64,000 bases of DNA, taken from Oopsacas minuta. Lineage: Eukaryota > Animalia > Porifera. Shown here one piece after another: positions 13,701-25,300 of the stretch. The position numbers and the translations under genes were made by a program. The notes beneath the pieces were generated by a model. The model was not told the DNA's origin, did no database searches, and saw only the letters and a program-made list of their open reading frames with translations. Where the stretch lies: positions 656,121 through 720,120 of the forward strand of contig JAKMXF010000210.1 in NCBI GenBank assembly GCA_024704765.1. Direction: 5' to 3'. Every line of letters starts with the position of its first letter. Position 1 is the first letter of the stretch.

Positions 13701-16044
13701 TCTAATTGACAGACTGGGTTGGTCTAGTGCCTCTCTTCTACACATGACAGCTTCTCAAGTAAGTACTCTCCTCTATTGGATATATACTAATTGTTATATC
13801 TATATGTGTGTAGGGTAACCGGAGTCTCTTAAAGAGGTTAGTAGCTACACAGAACGTGAATGAGCTGGATACAGAGAACAGATCTGCTCTTATGTATGCT
13901 TGTGTGGGAGATCAGCTAAAGGCTGCTGAGATATTAATTAAGAAAGGAGCTAATACTAACTTAGTAGATAAGGCAGGTAACTCTGCTCTAATCTATGCTG
14001 TACAGTTCGGGAGAGATCAGGTTTGTTATTCTGTTTGATGCTCCAAATATTCTTTATAGCTTGTATTAGCTAGTTAAACTATTATTGAAGTCATCAGCTG
14101 ATTCATCTCTCAAGAATAAAGAGGGGAAGAATGCTATTCACATATGTGCAGAGATAGAAGAGAGTCTCAGATGTTTGGAGTTCTTATGCAAGTAATTATT
14201 ATTCAGACATATAACTTGTAATAGTCATTCTATACATATCATATATGTATTCTACAGACATTCTAGTGTAAATAGAGCTGTTAACGAGAGAGACGGTCGT
14301 ATGCAGTCTCCTCTACATATCAGTGTATTTGCTAACCTCCCTCAACACACCAGGATGCTACTAGTAGCTAGAGCTAAGCTGTGTATCAGTGATGCTGAGG
14401 GTAGGACCCCTCTACACTATGCTATTACAGCTAATTCTCTAATATGTCTTCAAATCATACTAGAGGTTGTTAATAATATTATAACTAGTAATTACATTCT
14501 CTTTGAATCTGGTTTCTCTATTGAATTTCAGAGTATTCTCATAACATGCATGTTACCTACGTAATAGACATAATTATATTAATAATCAGTTCAGAGCACT
14601 TAGAGGAGTCCAAGTTGTCGGATAGCCTTGAACTGGTCTGGAATCTCCATGAGGGCGTGGAGTGCAAAGTTCACTTCAGGGAAGTCTTGACCCTGAGTGA
14701 CCTTGTGGAAGTTCACAAATTGGAAATTATCAAAAGTTCTCTCTTTAATTCTGTCATCAAAATCCTCCATCGTATCCCATGGTCCATCTCCTACTCCTAC
14801 CATAACTATAGATAGCGGATACTTAGAAGCTCGTATTATTGCCGCGATAGTGTCTGCTTCATTTGTTACTTGTCCGTCCGCTATAATCACCAGGATATGA
14901 TATGACGTCATACTCCTAACTATCTCTATTGCTTTGTCAATGAGAGGCGCAAAGTTGGTGGGACCAGAGAGGGTAATGTGTGGAGTAATCTGCTCGTAGA
15001 TCTTCAAAGTGTCACTCACTCCGTTACACATTCCTCCATCTGTCTTGATGTTAAATACATTATTTCCTTTTGTTCTAGAATCCCCGAAACCATAAACAGG
15101 TATCATATTATCGTCATCAAATGGTTCTAGCACTAATCCTAGAGTCCGTATAACTTTCTGATATGGGTTGAGGAGAGGAGGGACTAATGCGTGTAGAGAG
15201 TGTCCTCCAAAGGTCTGCTCCCCTTGTGTGTTGTTACTACGTGTATAGTCTATACCAAATATCAGCTGACTAGACTCTAAGCCCGCCTTACGCATGCTAG
15301 CTTGTAAATCCTCAAAACTTCTGTATTTGTCCTGGATCGTTAGAAGAGTGGGTGTAGATTGTTTAGGGGGTTGTTTCTTCTTCTTCTTGTTAGCAGTCAC
15401 CAGATACACAATGAATAGAATTAATACGATTATCAGTAGTGTGTCCATGCTTGTATGCTGTAGAATATTTGTTATTATACTTTAGAGTCTGATTGCTATT
15501 GTATAGTCACACACTCCTATATATTAACATGTTACAGTATGTGTTTATGCCTAATGTAGTAATTCAAGTCAGGATTATTGTCAATGATTGAATGTAGTAA
15601 TTCAAGTCAGGAGTATAGTCAATGATTGAATGTAGTTTCGTCATTTATTTACTTAATAGTTAAATAGTTTGTACATTTATTTGTTAGAATTGTGGAAGAG
15701 ATGTAAATATTCCTGATACATCTGGGTGGTCTCCTCTACATCTTGCCTGTCATGACGGTACATCAGAATCTGTACAGCTGTTGATATCTTCCAAATATTG
15801 TGATGTCAATCTGTTAGACTTACACTCTGCTTCTCCTCTACACAATTGTGTGTTTGCTAATCGTCCTGACCTCATCAAGAAACTAATAGAGGCTGGAGCT
15901 AACCCTAACTGTCAGGACAAATCTAAGAGAGCTCCCTTACACTATGCCATAGAGAGGGGGTACACTGAATGTGCTCACATGTTACAGAAGAGTAACACAC
16001 CCCTCAAGGGCAAGACCCTGCTACACAACTTAAGAAATCTTTAG
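10776..16044 (+). CDS. Kinesin motor protein whose downstream exons encode coiled coil, a DEP domain and ankyrin repeats. About 12 exons; approximate exon list: 10776..11046, 11100..11312, 11713..12033, 12088..12651, 12687..13058, 13108..13339, 13396..13758, 13814..14010, 14091..14191, 14258..14463, 15688..16044
   Basis: Motor motifs [22 protein letters not shown] (P-loop), SSRSHAVF (switch I), LVDLAGSER (switch II), VSFLEIYNE and [23 protein letters not shown]. These are followed by the coiled coil [15 protein letters not shown].... The DEP core [31 protein letters not shown] is split by an intron. ANK repeats follow ([50 protein letters not shown]). Every junction has a GT donor and AG acceptor with consistent phase, and there is no in-frame stop between the motor and the DEP/ANK exons. 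Whether this is one transcript is inferred. Confidence 0.5.
11353..11685 (-). CDS. HIG1 domain protein (HIGD1/2-like), complete 110-aa ORF nested antisense inside kinesin intron 11313..11712
   Basis: [44 protein letters not shown] matches the HIGD1A consensus PFVPVGIAGFAAIVAYGLYKLK..MRVAAQGFVV. ATG start. Two TM helices. Confidence 0.75.
   Translation of the reverse strand: MVDKLISIYYLAMSSDKITADQLSEYIYSGPETRREKLWRKLKENPFVPLGCGLTVAALSYGLYQFVKGDQRKSNLMMRARVAAQGFTVFVIVAGVLLTAKKKPVESTNK
14600..15448 (-). CDS. Copine-like vWA-domain protein with N-terminal TM anchor (no C2 domains), nested antisense in a 1.2 kb intron of the ANK-repeat exons
   Basis: The N-terminal hydrophobic anchor is followed by a KKKKK stretch. 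The vWA/copine core reads [97 protein letters not shown] and aligns to the copine C-terminal A-domain consensus (NPY..A..VG..YD.D..FPAFGFG, LLIITDG..D, SIIIVGVG). Confidence 0.7.
   Translation of the reverse strand: MDTLLIIVLILFIVYLVTANKKKKKQPPKQSTPTLLTIQDKYRSFEDLQASMRKAGLESSQLIFGIDYTRSNNTQGEQTFGGHSLHALVPPLLNPYQKVIRTLGLVLEPFDDDNMIPVYGFGDSRTKGNNVFNIKTDGGMCNGVSDTLKIYEQITPHITLSGPTNFAPLIDKAIEIVRSMTSYHILVIIADGQVTNEADTIAAIIRASKYPLSIVMVGVGDGPWDTMEDFDDRIKERTFDNFQFVNFHKVTQGQDFPEVNFALHALMEIPDQFKAIRQLGLL
15552..15638. repeat. About 38-bp tandem duplication (2.3 copies) in the intron between the copine-like gene and the downstream ANK exon
   Basis: aatgtagtaattcaagtcaggattattgtcaatgattg is repeated as aatgtagtaattcaagtcaggagtatagtcaatgattg, then aatgtagtt. 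Confidence 0.85.
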
Positions 16045-16235
16045 AATAGAAATCCTTTACAAGTATGTAGTATGTTTTATTGACATATATTGTTTTTATG
16101 GTTTTTATCCATTTCTACTCATGAATAATTATTTCAGTTTAATATAAGAACATTATAACACTAAGTCATTATCCTATCAGCTTTAAACATACGCTCTGTA
16201 ACGAACTCAAATCTTCTCGATGGTTTGAACTATAA

Positions 16236-16706
16236 CTATTCTGTTATTTGGTTGACGGAATCAGTGATCTTAACAATATCGTCTAGTATGATAGACATCG
16301 CTACAATTAGAGCTCCTATTGCTAGTAGTATCGTGATCAGGGAAGATACTATAGCAGTGTAGGAGATTATCTTTAATATCTTGGCCCAGTAATGTGTGTT
16401 CTCTGAGTCTTTTTTGTTTTCGCTTGATCGCACTAGAAATGCTGCAATGATAGAGAATATCCCCAGACAGGGACAAGCTATACAAGCTGATATAGACAGT
16501 ATCCATACCCAGGGACCAGCAGCTGCTCCCATCCCCACATCGTATAGGTTAGGTGGTAGCATCGTGGGTTGATCCATGGTAAGCACAACTCCCGGATACA
16601 TAGCTGACTCTAGGTCAGGGTACTGTAAGGCTGGAGCTGAGGGTCCCGGTGAGGTGTGGTATTCTCCTTCATAGCCGAAAGCCTCTCTCTCTTTTTCTGT
16701 AGCCAT
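16236..16706 (-). CDS. CD225/dispanin family small membrane protein (copy B), start at MATEKE
   Basis: N-terminal Pro/Tyr-rich tail, then the two-helix CD225 core WVWILSISACIACPCLGIFSIIAAFLVRSSENKKD...TAIVSSLITILLAIGALIVAM. The track's start at 16865 is a GTG that overlaps the stop of copy A. Confidence 0.55.
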   Translation of the reverse strand: MATEKEREAFGYEGEYHTSPGPSAPALQYPDLESAMYPGVVLTMDQPTMLPPNLYDVGMGAAAGPWVWILSISACIACPCLGIFSIIAAFLVRSSENKKDSENTHYWAKILKIISYTAIVSSLITILLAIGALIVAMSIILDDIVKITDSVNQITE

Positions 16707-16861
16707 TAAGCTAACAATAGGTAATGAATTGATTAAAGAATACATTGTGTGGCGGTAATACAGTGTATCCCTTAATCCCTTATATGTAGAGTTCTTGTGC
16801 AATCTCTCTTTAATTGAAATGAAACACATCGTAACAAGGGCATGAAGCTTACCTGTAATAC

Positions 16862-17296
16862 TCACTGATCATTATACACTAAGTTTCGTAGTATAAAAAC
16901 TATTACAATCACTGCTATTAGACTGAAACATGCTGTGTACAGCACTGTACCCGTTACTATTGCTACTAGAGCAAATCCACGTCCGTACTTGACTTTTCTA
17001 TTTGTTTCGATTGTTTTGCCTTCTTCTGCGTCTTTGCAGGCTGAGAATGTGAAAATGATAGATGGAATTCCACAGGCTAGACAGCACACGAATGAGATGC
17101 TGGAGAGAATCCAGTCCAGAGTCTTAACTTGAGGTACCTTCTTCTGACGAAAATCGCTCAATCTTACAGCTGCTTCCTGTTGAGCTTTATAAGGATTGGT
17201 GTTTGGAGTGAATCCGTTGTCTTCGTATATCTCATATGGAGGAGGCAATGGGCACTCTTTGTTTGAATATTCGTCCAATTGCAATTCAGTATTCAT
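16862..17296 (-). CDS. CD225/dispanin family small membrane protein (copy A)
   Basis: MNTELQLDEY..PPPYEIY (PPxY) followed by WILSSISFVCCLACGIPSIIFTFSACKD...GFALVAIVTGTVLYTACFSLIAVIVIVF. This matches the IFITM/PRRT-type topology. Confidence 0.6.
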   Translation of the reverse strand: MNTELQLDEYSNKECPLPPPYEIYEDNGFTPNTNPYKAQQEAAVRLSDFRQKKVPQVKTLDWILSSISFVCCLACGIPSIIFTFSACKDAEEGKTIETNRKVKYGRGFALVAIVTGTVLYTACFSLIAVIVIVFILRNLVYNDQ

Positions 17297-18106
17297 TATA
17301 CATTAATTATTTCACTGGGATATTTTATATACTTAATGCAAGTGTTTTATGAAGGCATATACATATACACGAGCAATACTCACTTGTATGTTTGAGAATT
17401 GTCTCATGGTTGCTAGTGGGCATAATATTTCTTATTCTACCAAAGGCTCTTGTATCTGATTATTTCGTAATACAAATTCTATTGTTCTGGTGAGAATCTC
17501 AAGAGCATCTCAATGCCTCCCATACATACAATTCTCACATGGTTCTATTGAATTCTAAAGATTTACTTCGTATCATTAATGCTTTATTTTACGATAACTC
17601 TACGCTTCGTTTCTTTATATATTCACCCTATTCTAGTGATGATTATCTCACTCTCTTTAGCTTAGGATTGTGATCTTATCTGTGTAGGTATGTAGGCTAC
17701 TTTTCTGACAACAAATTTTACTTCAAAAATGGCTATTATCATTGTAGTAAATGGTGAGATTTTTCTAAGATTTGAATCTACCTTAGTTGGGTATTTTATC
17801 TGATTTCGTTTGGATTTATAAAGCCTCTCTTAGTTGTAGTGGTAAGCTCACCAAATTTAAGTAATTCATTACGAGTTGTGACAATAGTCACTACTGTAAC
17901 TGATAGAAATTACCAATTATCAATTAAGTATTGAATTGGTTTACGAATGGTCTGTTGACACTTTGGCACAAAAGCCACCAGGTTCCATTTTCCTATTCTC
18001 ACACTAATTTGATGCTTTACTCTGGGTATAAAGTTCTTTCCTATGCAATAGCCATCCAAGTAGCCTTCAATCAGGCTCTACAATAAATAGCTGAATTGCT
18101 CCTATT
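17297..18106. promoter_or_regulatory. Divergent intergenic region between the minus-strand CD225 gene and a plus-strand gene, a probable bidirectional promoter
   Basis: There is no ORF in this region and the flanking ATGs face away from each other. This is inference only. Confidence 0.3.
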
Positions 18107-19054
18107 ATGATATCTCGTGCAAAGCACAAAGTCGTTAAGAAAACTAGGTCTAAACTTTCAGGTAATTTTGAAATGAAAACAGTTAAGAAATCTTCAGAAT
18201 CAATGCCCATACACACTGATGCAGATCCTGCGGATATGCCCTTCACATCAGCCTCCAAGCGAGCCAGGACCCTCTCAAGAATGACCAAACAGAAAAAGGC
18301 AGCGGTGACTGTTGGTCCGAGAGATTTAAATATCGCACAAGAGTCTATCTTCACAAATGATACAGTAGAAGATCTACGTATTCCCATAGAGAAATATAAT
18401 ATGAGCAGTGATGAGTCTTTCCGTATTAAAATCGAGAATAACTTAGCTCAAGGGTTCGTACCAGTACATCTGTGTATTGATGGAAATCTTAATGTAATGC
18501 CCCCTACTGGTGTTGGTATGGTGTGGAGCTCTCTGCACATTCTCTCAGACATCCTGATAGAAGATGAGATAGAGATGAGGGGGCAGAATCATACTGAAAA
18601 GGTTACATTTGAAAGGGATGCAAAAACATTTGTGAATATAGACAATCATACGATGGCATTCGAAGCGATTGCTTTGTTAATCAGGAAGCTATTCATTGTA
18701 GAGAATCCAGCTGACTTTATATTCTACGAGCATTTACATGGAATCACTAGAAAGGTTAAAGATACGGAATTACCGCTTATAAATATGGTGCGTTGTTCCG
18801 ACAGAAGTGATTGGAAATTAATATTAAAAAGAAAACCATTTGATGATCAAATTGGCCAGTGGAGTCCCTTCACGATTCCAGAACTACGTATGTTCCTGGA
18901 CATGGCAGATTTTGAGCGAGAAATGAAAGAAACAAATCTTCGCAACCTTTACGAAGAAGTTAGAATATTATTATTGGAGGAAATTGGTAGGAAAAAGCAA
19001 CTGGAAGAAGAAGTATCTCTTGTAAGAATGAGGAAGAAATCTGTTCAAAGTTAG
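18107..19054 (+). CDS. Uncharacterised conserved-looking protein, 315 aa, no recognisable domain
   Basis: Long clean ORF with an ATG start and a basic N-terminus (KRARTLSRMTKQKK, NLS-like). It is the first gene of the co-oriented array. Confidence 0.4.
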   Translation: MISRAKHKVVKKTRSKLSGNFEMKTVKKSSESMPIHTDADPADMPFTSASKRARTLSRMTKQKKAAVTVGPRDLNIAQESIFTNDTVEDLRIPIEKYNMSSDESFRIKIENNLAQGFVPVHLCIDGNLNVMPPTGVGMVWSSLHILSDILIEDEIEMRGQNHTEKVTFERDAKTFVNIDNHTMAFEAIALLIRKLFIVENPADFIFYEHLHGITRKVKDTELPLINMVRCSDRSDWKLILKRKPFDDQIGQWSPFTIPELRMFLDMADFEREMKETNLRNLYEEVRILLLEEIGRKKQLEEEVSLVRMRKKSVQS

Positions 19055-19691
19055 TGGTAAGTCGCTATCTGAGTATGAATTTGTATATATTGTATTAATT
19101 CTGTTCGCTTGCTCTTTCCCTATCTGTATGTGTATATATTAGTAATTATTAGCTGGACAGTTTTTAATAAATTGCAATTATATAACCGTTTAAGCTCGGG
19201 GTATAATGCTAGCTCAGTTGCGAATAATTTTGTTATATTCTACTTGCTTGAACTCCATCTTCCTCCTCAAACAATTCTGGAATTTGCATCATTGAAAGCC
19301 TCTCATTAATTATTAAGCTAATTTGGTGGATTATTTGTAGACAGCTCTTACGTTGCCATGGAAACGTAAGCACTATTGAAATTGTGATTCAACTTACAAC
19401 AAATTACCTTATCCCTGTGAGGGAAGGTTCCATTGTTTAATCAATTGCATCGTGAATATTTCAAACATAACTAAGCTCTATGAAGTATCTGTTGCAGTAT
19501 ATGTGTGGGAATTGCTGGGGTATTATAAGGTATATTTGTGCCTACGTGCTGTGTCGTTACGCCCCTACCTGAGCTCAGTAGAGAGTAGTAGCGACTGAGG
19601 GTAGGAAAGATTGAATGGGTGAGATGGATAGTTCTTGAGAACAAACTTAACTACAAATTACATCTCAGTGCAGTATCTCTCTTGCATAAAG

Positions 19692-22186
19692 ATGACCAGA
19701 GAATCAGACTACTGGCGGTATCAAGATCATCCTTACGAGAGAGAATACGAGAGGGAGTTGAGGGAATTTGCAAATGATTCAGATTCGAAGAGAGAGGGTG
19801 GTAGAAGTCGTGCTGACGAGCGTAGAATCGAGGCTCTGGAGTTGAAGTATCGTCGGGAGCATTTGAGAGAGCGAGACACTTCTCGGAGAGAAAAGCTCCG
19901 CTACACAACCAGAAGCAGCAGGAGCAGGAGCGGGAGAGAGACTCCGGAGAGAGAGGTCAGACGAGTTAGGATTGTGGAGAGTTTGAGTCCTGAGCCCGGA
20001 CTGATAGTCTCACCGGAATCAAGTCCTCACTGGAATGAGAAGTCATATTGGTCTAGATCTCACAGCAGAGAGAGAGAGGACGCATTTTGGAGAAGGAGCA
20101 GGTCGTATTCAGAGGAAGGGAGTCCAGTTAGGAAGCGAAGGAGCAGGAGTTATTCTCGTGAGAGGAGACGAGTTTATAGTAGAAGTCCAGACCGCAAGCA
20201 GTCCAAACGTAATGACAATTGTAAGTAATATTATTTATCTATTATATAATTTGTAGATTGTTATGTTTGTTTTTTGTTCGAATTGAGAGACTTGAAATTT
20301 GGCATGTGTGTGTAATGTTATAAATATATTTATGCAAGATCTAAGATCTAAGCGATATCTCAAAAACTCTCTGAGATAGGTGTTAAAATGTATTGACCTA
20401 TCAGATTTGAGTGTTACCAATTGTCCCTATCATATGATAGGCTTTAACACAGTTGAATTCGGATACAAATATTACTCAATTGTTTTCTTAGATCGACCCA
20501 AACGTTCAGAGCATCGATCTTCAAAAAGATCCTCTCGTTCCAGGTCGAGAGAGTACAGAGAAAAGACCCCACAGCCCTCTAAAGACCCCTCCCCCTTAAT
20601 CCTACTCTCCAATCTGCCCACCTCAGCTGACCGGGGAGATATCGAGGTGTCAACTCGCCCCTTCCAGACTCGCGAAATTCGCATTTTGTATGACACGGAT
20701 ACGAGGAAGAGTCGCGGGATGGGACTGATTGAGTTTGCTTATGAAAGTGACGCCACTGCCTGGCTGACTCAGAACAAAGATTCCTTCTATATTTTCGGAG
20801 AGAAAATAACTGTAGAGTATACAGTACTCAAGGCTAGAGAGGGCGAATGGAAATGTGCGAAATGTAACGCTTCTAACTATAGTCACAGATTAGTTTGTTA
20901 TATATGCAGCAATCCTCTTTACGAATCTGAGGCAGTTAATCAAGGCAGTAGACCTCCTGAACTAGCACCTCCCTCTAATGTCCTCATACTACGAGGTCTT
21001 AAGTTTACAACAACTGAGGAAGTGGTTAGAGCTGCTATCTGCACTATATCAAATAACCGAGTTAAAGATATCCGTCTGATCAGAGATAGACTTACTAAAC
21101 AGTCTCGGGGGTTCTGTTTCGTAGAGTTTGTAGGAATCTCAGAGGCTACAGAGACGCTAGACACTATCTTTGGACAGGACCCAGCCTTCTTTGTTGATGG
21201 GATAAGAACTATAGCTAATTTTGCTAGAGGAAACTTTACTTCTAACAAACCTAATCAAGCAGCTCTGTCTGCTATAGAGCAGGGGAGCTGGTCATCTGTG
21301 TCGGAGCAAGGACCAGAGGGTAAGGTAGTCACAGGTGGGAGCAAGCTAGGAGGTGAACAAGAATATTCTTCTAAACCTGTCACCTACTCGACCCCTGTCT
21401 CCAGTAGCAGTACTGAGTCTAGATACCAATACGATCCTACCTCTGGATACTACTACGATAGTGCTAGCGGTCAGTTAATGAGCTCTCTTAGTTTACTGCT
21501 TTCGATTGTAGGTTGATATTTCTGTAGGTTTGTATTACGATCCAAATTCCAAGTATCACTACGATGCTAATTCACAGAAGTTCTGCTACTACGATCCCGT
21601 ACAGGGCTCTTACGTATACGTGTCTACAGCTCTACAGATTCCTACACAAACAGACACACCTGTTGTCCCTGCTCCTACTTCTGCTCCTGTAGAGACTGAG
21701 GACTCAGGTCAGCCTAAAACCAAAGATAAAAAGAAAGCTGAACTAGACAGCTTCTCTACTAGTAATACGAAGCAGGCTAGGAGGATAGCTAAAGATATGG
21801 AAAGATGGGCTCAAAAACAAAACAATACCAAATCTACAAAACCTGTAGCTGTTGTTAATCCCCAAGAAAGTGAGACTGTTCCTCCTGCTCCCCCTGTCCT
21901 GTCTGGAGATTTCACTCTAGGTCCTATCAACCTCAGCTTAGACACTCGTGCTATCCCAGAGGTAGGTATCTCCAATTATTCAAGTCAGCTGGACTTCTCT
22001 CAGCTTGGTAGCTCTGCTGCTACCAGTGCCCCTCTCTTACCGATTAATGCAGAACCTCTGTACACGGACTGGGACAGATTAGCATGTCTGCTGTGTAAGA
22101 GACAGTTCCAATCTAGAGATCAGCTGGTCAAGCACCAACAGCTGTCAGATCTCCATAAACAGAATCTGGAGAAGACGCAATATTGA
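19692..22186 (+). CDS. RBM5/RBM10-like RNA-binding protein, 3 exons (19692..20220, 20482..21469, 21526..22186)
   Basis: RS/RD-rich N-terminus, RRM1 (ILYDTDTRKSRGMGLIEF), a RanBP2 zinc finger (EWKCAKCNASNYSHRLVCYIC), RRM2 (SRGFCFVEF), an OCRE Tyr-rich repeat (YQYDPTSGYYYDSASG / YYDPNSKYHYDANSQKFCYYDPVQGSYVY) and a C2H2 finger (CLLCKRQFQSRDQLVKHQQLSDLH). No G-patch is visible before the stop. Confidence 0.75.
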
Positions 22187-22398
22187 GGCGATTTCAATTG
22201 TTGTGTGACGTAAGTACTATGTCAGTGTTTTCGTATTTGTTAGTAAATCCGTATTCTAATGTCATTGTCTTGTCAGGAGTATCATTTTACCATTATATAT
22301 TACATATCATTTATTAATCCATTGAGGTGTTAGAATATGTTCCTATAGCCATTCTGACAGCTGTTGCAATAGCGTTAGTAGATTTTACTGAGTGAGCG

Positions 22399-25300
22399 AT
22401 GACTGACGTAATATTCCAAGAAATGCAAGCAACATTCATTAAAATACCGCTAACAGCTAGACCACCAACCAGAAAGAAGTTTATTAGATGTAGTAAGGAT
22501 ACGCTGGAGATTTTAGTCAAGCCTTCTAAAGGTGGTAAAGCTGAAGACATAATAGATATAAGAACTATTCATGAGGTGAGGAAGGGGAATGATATTCTGA
22601 GAGAAGAGAGGATTGTGGATGCCAGTGTTACTGATGCTAAAATGTGTTTTACGATTGTATATGGTTCAGAGTTTAGATTGAAATTTGGAGTCTTTATTTG
22701 CTCTAATTGGAACATTCGTGAGTTCTGGTCCGAGGGACTTTTGACTCACATGCAAACAATCGCGAAACTTGATACAAATAGTCATACTAGGATTTGGCTT
22801 ATGAAGGAATTCAATGAACTGGATAGGAACCAGACCAGCACTATTGGGACTAATGATTTAAAGAAGACCTTTTTCAATAGAATTCAGCTCAAAATTCCTC
22901 GCGAAAAACAACACAAATTGATTGCAGACCTTGACACTAAGAATGTTGGTTATGTTTACTTTCCACAGTTCAGACAATTCTACCACAAAAAACTAGTATT
23001 CAACGAAGATATGATGAAGCTACTTAGTCATTGCATGTCTTTCCAGCTCAAGAATTCTTGGTATATTAGCTCTCAAGAGCTCTGTGCCTTTCTACAATCA
23101 GAACAATTCGTTCATCACATTCCTATAACCACCTTACTGGCCGAGAAAATGATCCGGCCTTATCTGCTCTCTGAGAAGCCTCTCTCCACTCCCAACTTCC
23201 CGATAGATGAATTCTTCGACTACCTCTTCTCTCGTGGGAATAGTTTATTCGATGATGAATACACCTCTAGACTCTTGGCTGCTGATCCTAACTATATGGA
23301 CTACAGTATGTCTGAGTATTGGATCAATTCCTCTCATAACACCTATCTAACTGGTAACCAGTATGCATCAGAGAGTACTGTAGAGGCTTATATACGAGTA
23401 ATGAGGAGCGGGTGTCGATGTATAGAGCTGGATCTCTGGGACGGAGGTCCTGATGACTTACCTTGGATCACTCATGGTCACACCAGATGTACAAAGATAA
23501 AGTTCCGTGACATAGTAATTGCTATTCGTGAGCATGCCTTCGCTACCTCAGACTACCCCATGATATTATCACTAGAAGAGCACTGCTCTATTCCAATACA
23601 GAAGAATACTGCTTATGAGTTTAAGAAGATTTTAGGAGATCTGTTGCTTACAGAACCAGTAAAGGGCGCTACCTGCCTTCCTTCTCCCAATCAGCTGAAA
23701 CGTAAAGTTATCCTAAAACACAAGAAACTCCCCGAGGGATCAGATGAGACCGTGGTCTTGACAGATACGGGAGAGGCTCAGGTCACTAAACAGCAGGACA
23801 TATCCAACTCCCAGAAGAACGGATTCTTGTATCTGAAAGATCCAGGAGCTAATGTATGGACTCGTCGCTACTTTGTACTGACAGACAAAATCCTTTCCTA
23901 TTGTATAGAAGAAGATGACCAGGAACAAGACACAGAGAATGTACGGGACCACATTTATATGGAAACAGTACCTTCCCACTTAAAACATATAAATCATGTA
24001 TGGTATCATGTAGTTGATAGAGATGGAGCAGTGGACAAACTGAAAGAATTTGAAGGTGGTAATGGTTCCTTCTTGGTACGTCCTAATGATAAGTATGAAG
24101 GTTATGTGTCTATATCATTTAAACATGAAAGAGAGGTTTATCACAGTCTTGTAAAACGTATACCAAGTCCTGACGGTCTGTACAACTATCAGCTGGTACA
24201 TCCTATGACATTTGATGATATACCTAGTCTCGTGGATTACTACAAGTGTCACCCTTTACGAGCTTCTACCTTTGAACAAATCTTGACTACTCCCTGTCCC
24301 TGTCCTAGCCTCAGTAACACTAACCACGAGGCTCAGCCGTGGTTCCATGCGGGTATGAAACGCTGGGAAGCTGAGAAGATGCTGACATCTGTCCGACTAG
24401 AAGGAGCCTTTCTAGTCCGTCCCTCTGGTGAGCAGAGCACCTACACGATAACATTCAGGACTGAGAATGAGATTAAGCATTGTAGAGTTGAGTTCAATAA
24501 AGACAGTGGTCTATACACGATAGGAACTGCTCAGTTCGAGTCTCTGAGTGAATTAGTGGTTTATTACAAGTCTCATCCTCTCTATCGTAAGATGAAACTT
24601 AAACACGCTATCAATGAGAGTATGCTCAAGAACATCGGAGTAGATGCAGAAGCCTCAGCAGAAGCTGAGTACATATCTGTTAATCCTGTGACATACAGAT
24701 CTATACACGCATTCACTGCTCAGAACAAAGATGAATTGAGCTTCCCAGCTGGAGTAGAGATAACTAATGTGATAGAGCACCAGCACACGAAGGGGTGGTT
24801 TCAGGGAGACTTTGGTGGAAAGGTTAATCTATGGTTTCCTGAAAACCACGTTAAGAGGTTCGATGCTACCACTCCTCTGACTCCAATGGACCCACCGAAG
24901 CCTGAGCTGGATAATCAAGAGGAAACCATAAGGATCGAGAATTTGGAAGTGACTCGGGTTAGCCCACATTTAGCAGGTCGTGAGTGGGTGCTGAGACTGG
25001 TTCAAGACGTTCCAGTCGAGTACAAAACGCTAAAACCTGAATCTAGCAATGCTCTATTTGTGGGTTGTGAAAACGAAGAAGACTTCAAATCTTGGGAGTC
25101 TAAGCTTAATGAAGTGAAGAAGGAACTGACCAGAAGTCAGAGCTTGGATGCTCGTCTCCAGAAGCGGACTAGCATTGCAAGAGAGATGTCTGACTTGATC
25201 ATTTACTGTAGATCTGTTCCATTCCGTGTGGAATCTATAGGGAATGGAAAGTTTAGCGAAATGTCTTCATTCCCAGAAACCAAAGCATTTCATCACGCCC

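Noticed and set aside
14546-14900. + strand ORFs (89 and 67 aa) overlapping the copine-like gene region
   Set aside because: Antisense to the conserved copine vWA coding sequence. The host-gene exon model does not require them.
16862-16865. Apparent 4-nt overlap of start and stop (ATGA-like) between the two CD225 ORFs, reminiscent of prokaryotic translational coupling
   Set aside because: The supposed start is GTG, a track artefact, in a eukaryotic context. The real signal is a TGA embedded in a CA|GTGAGT splice donor, and the downstream gene most plausibly starts at the ATG at 16706.
23740-23979. 79-aa minus-strand ORF inside PLCG
   Set aside because: Antisense to a strongly supported coding exon, with no motif and hydrophobic junk composition.
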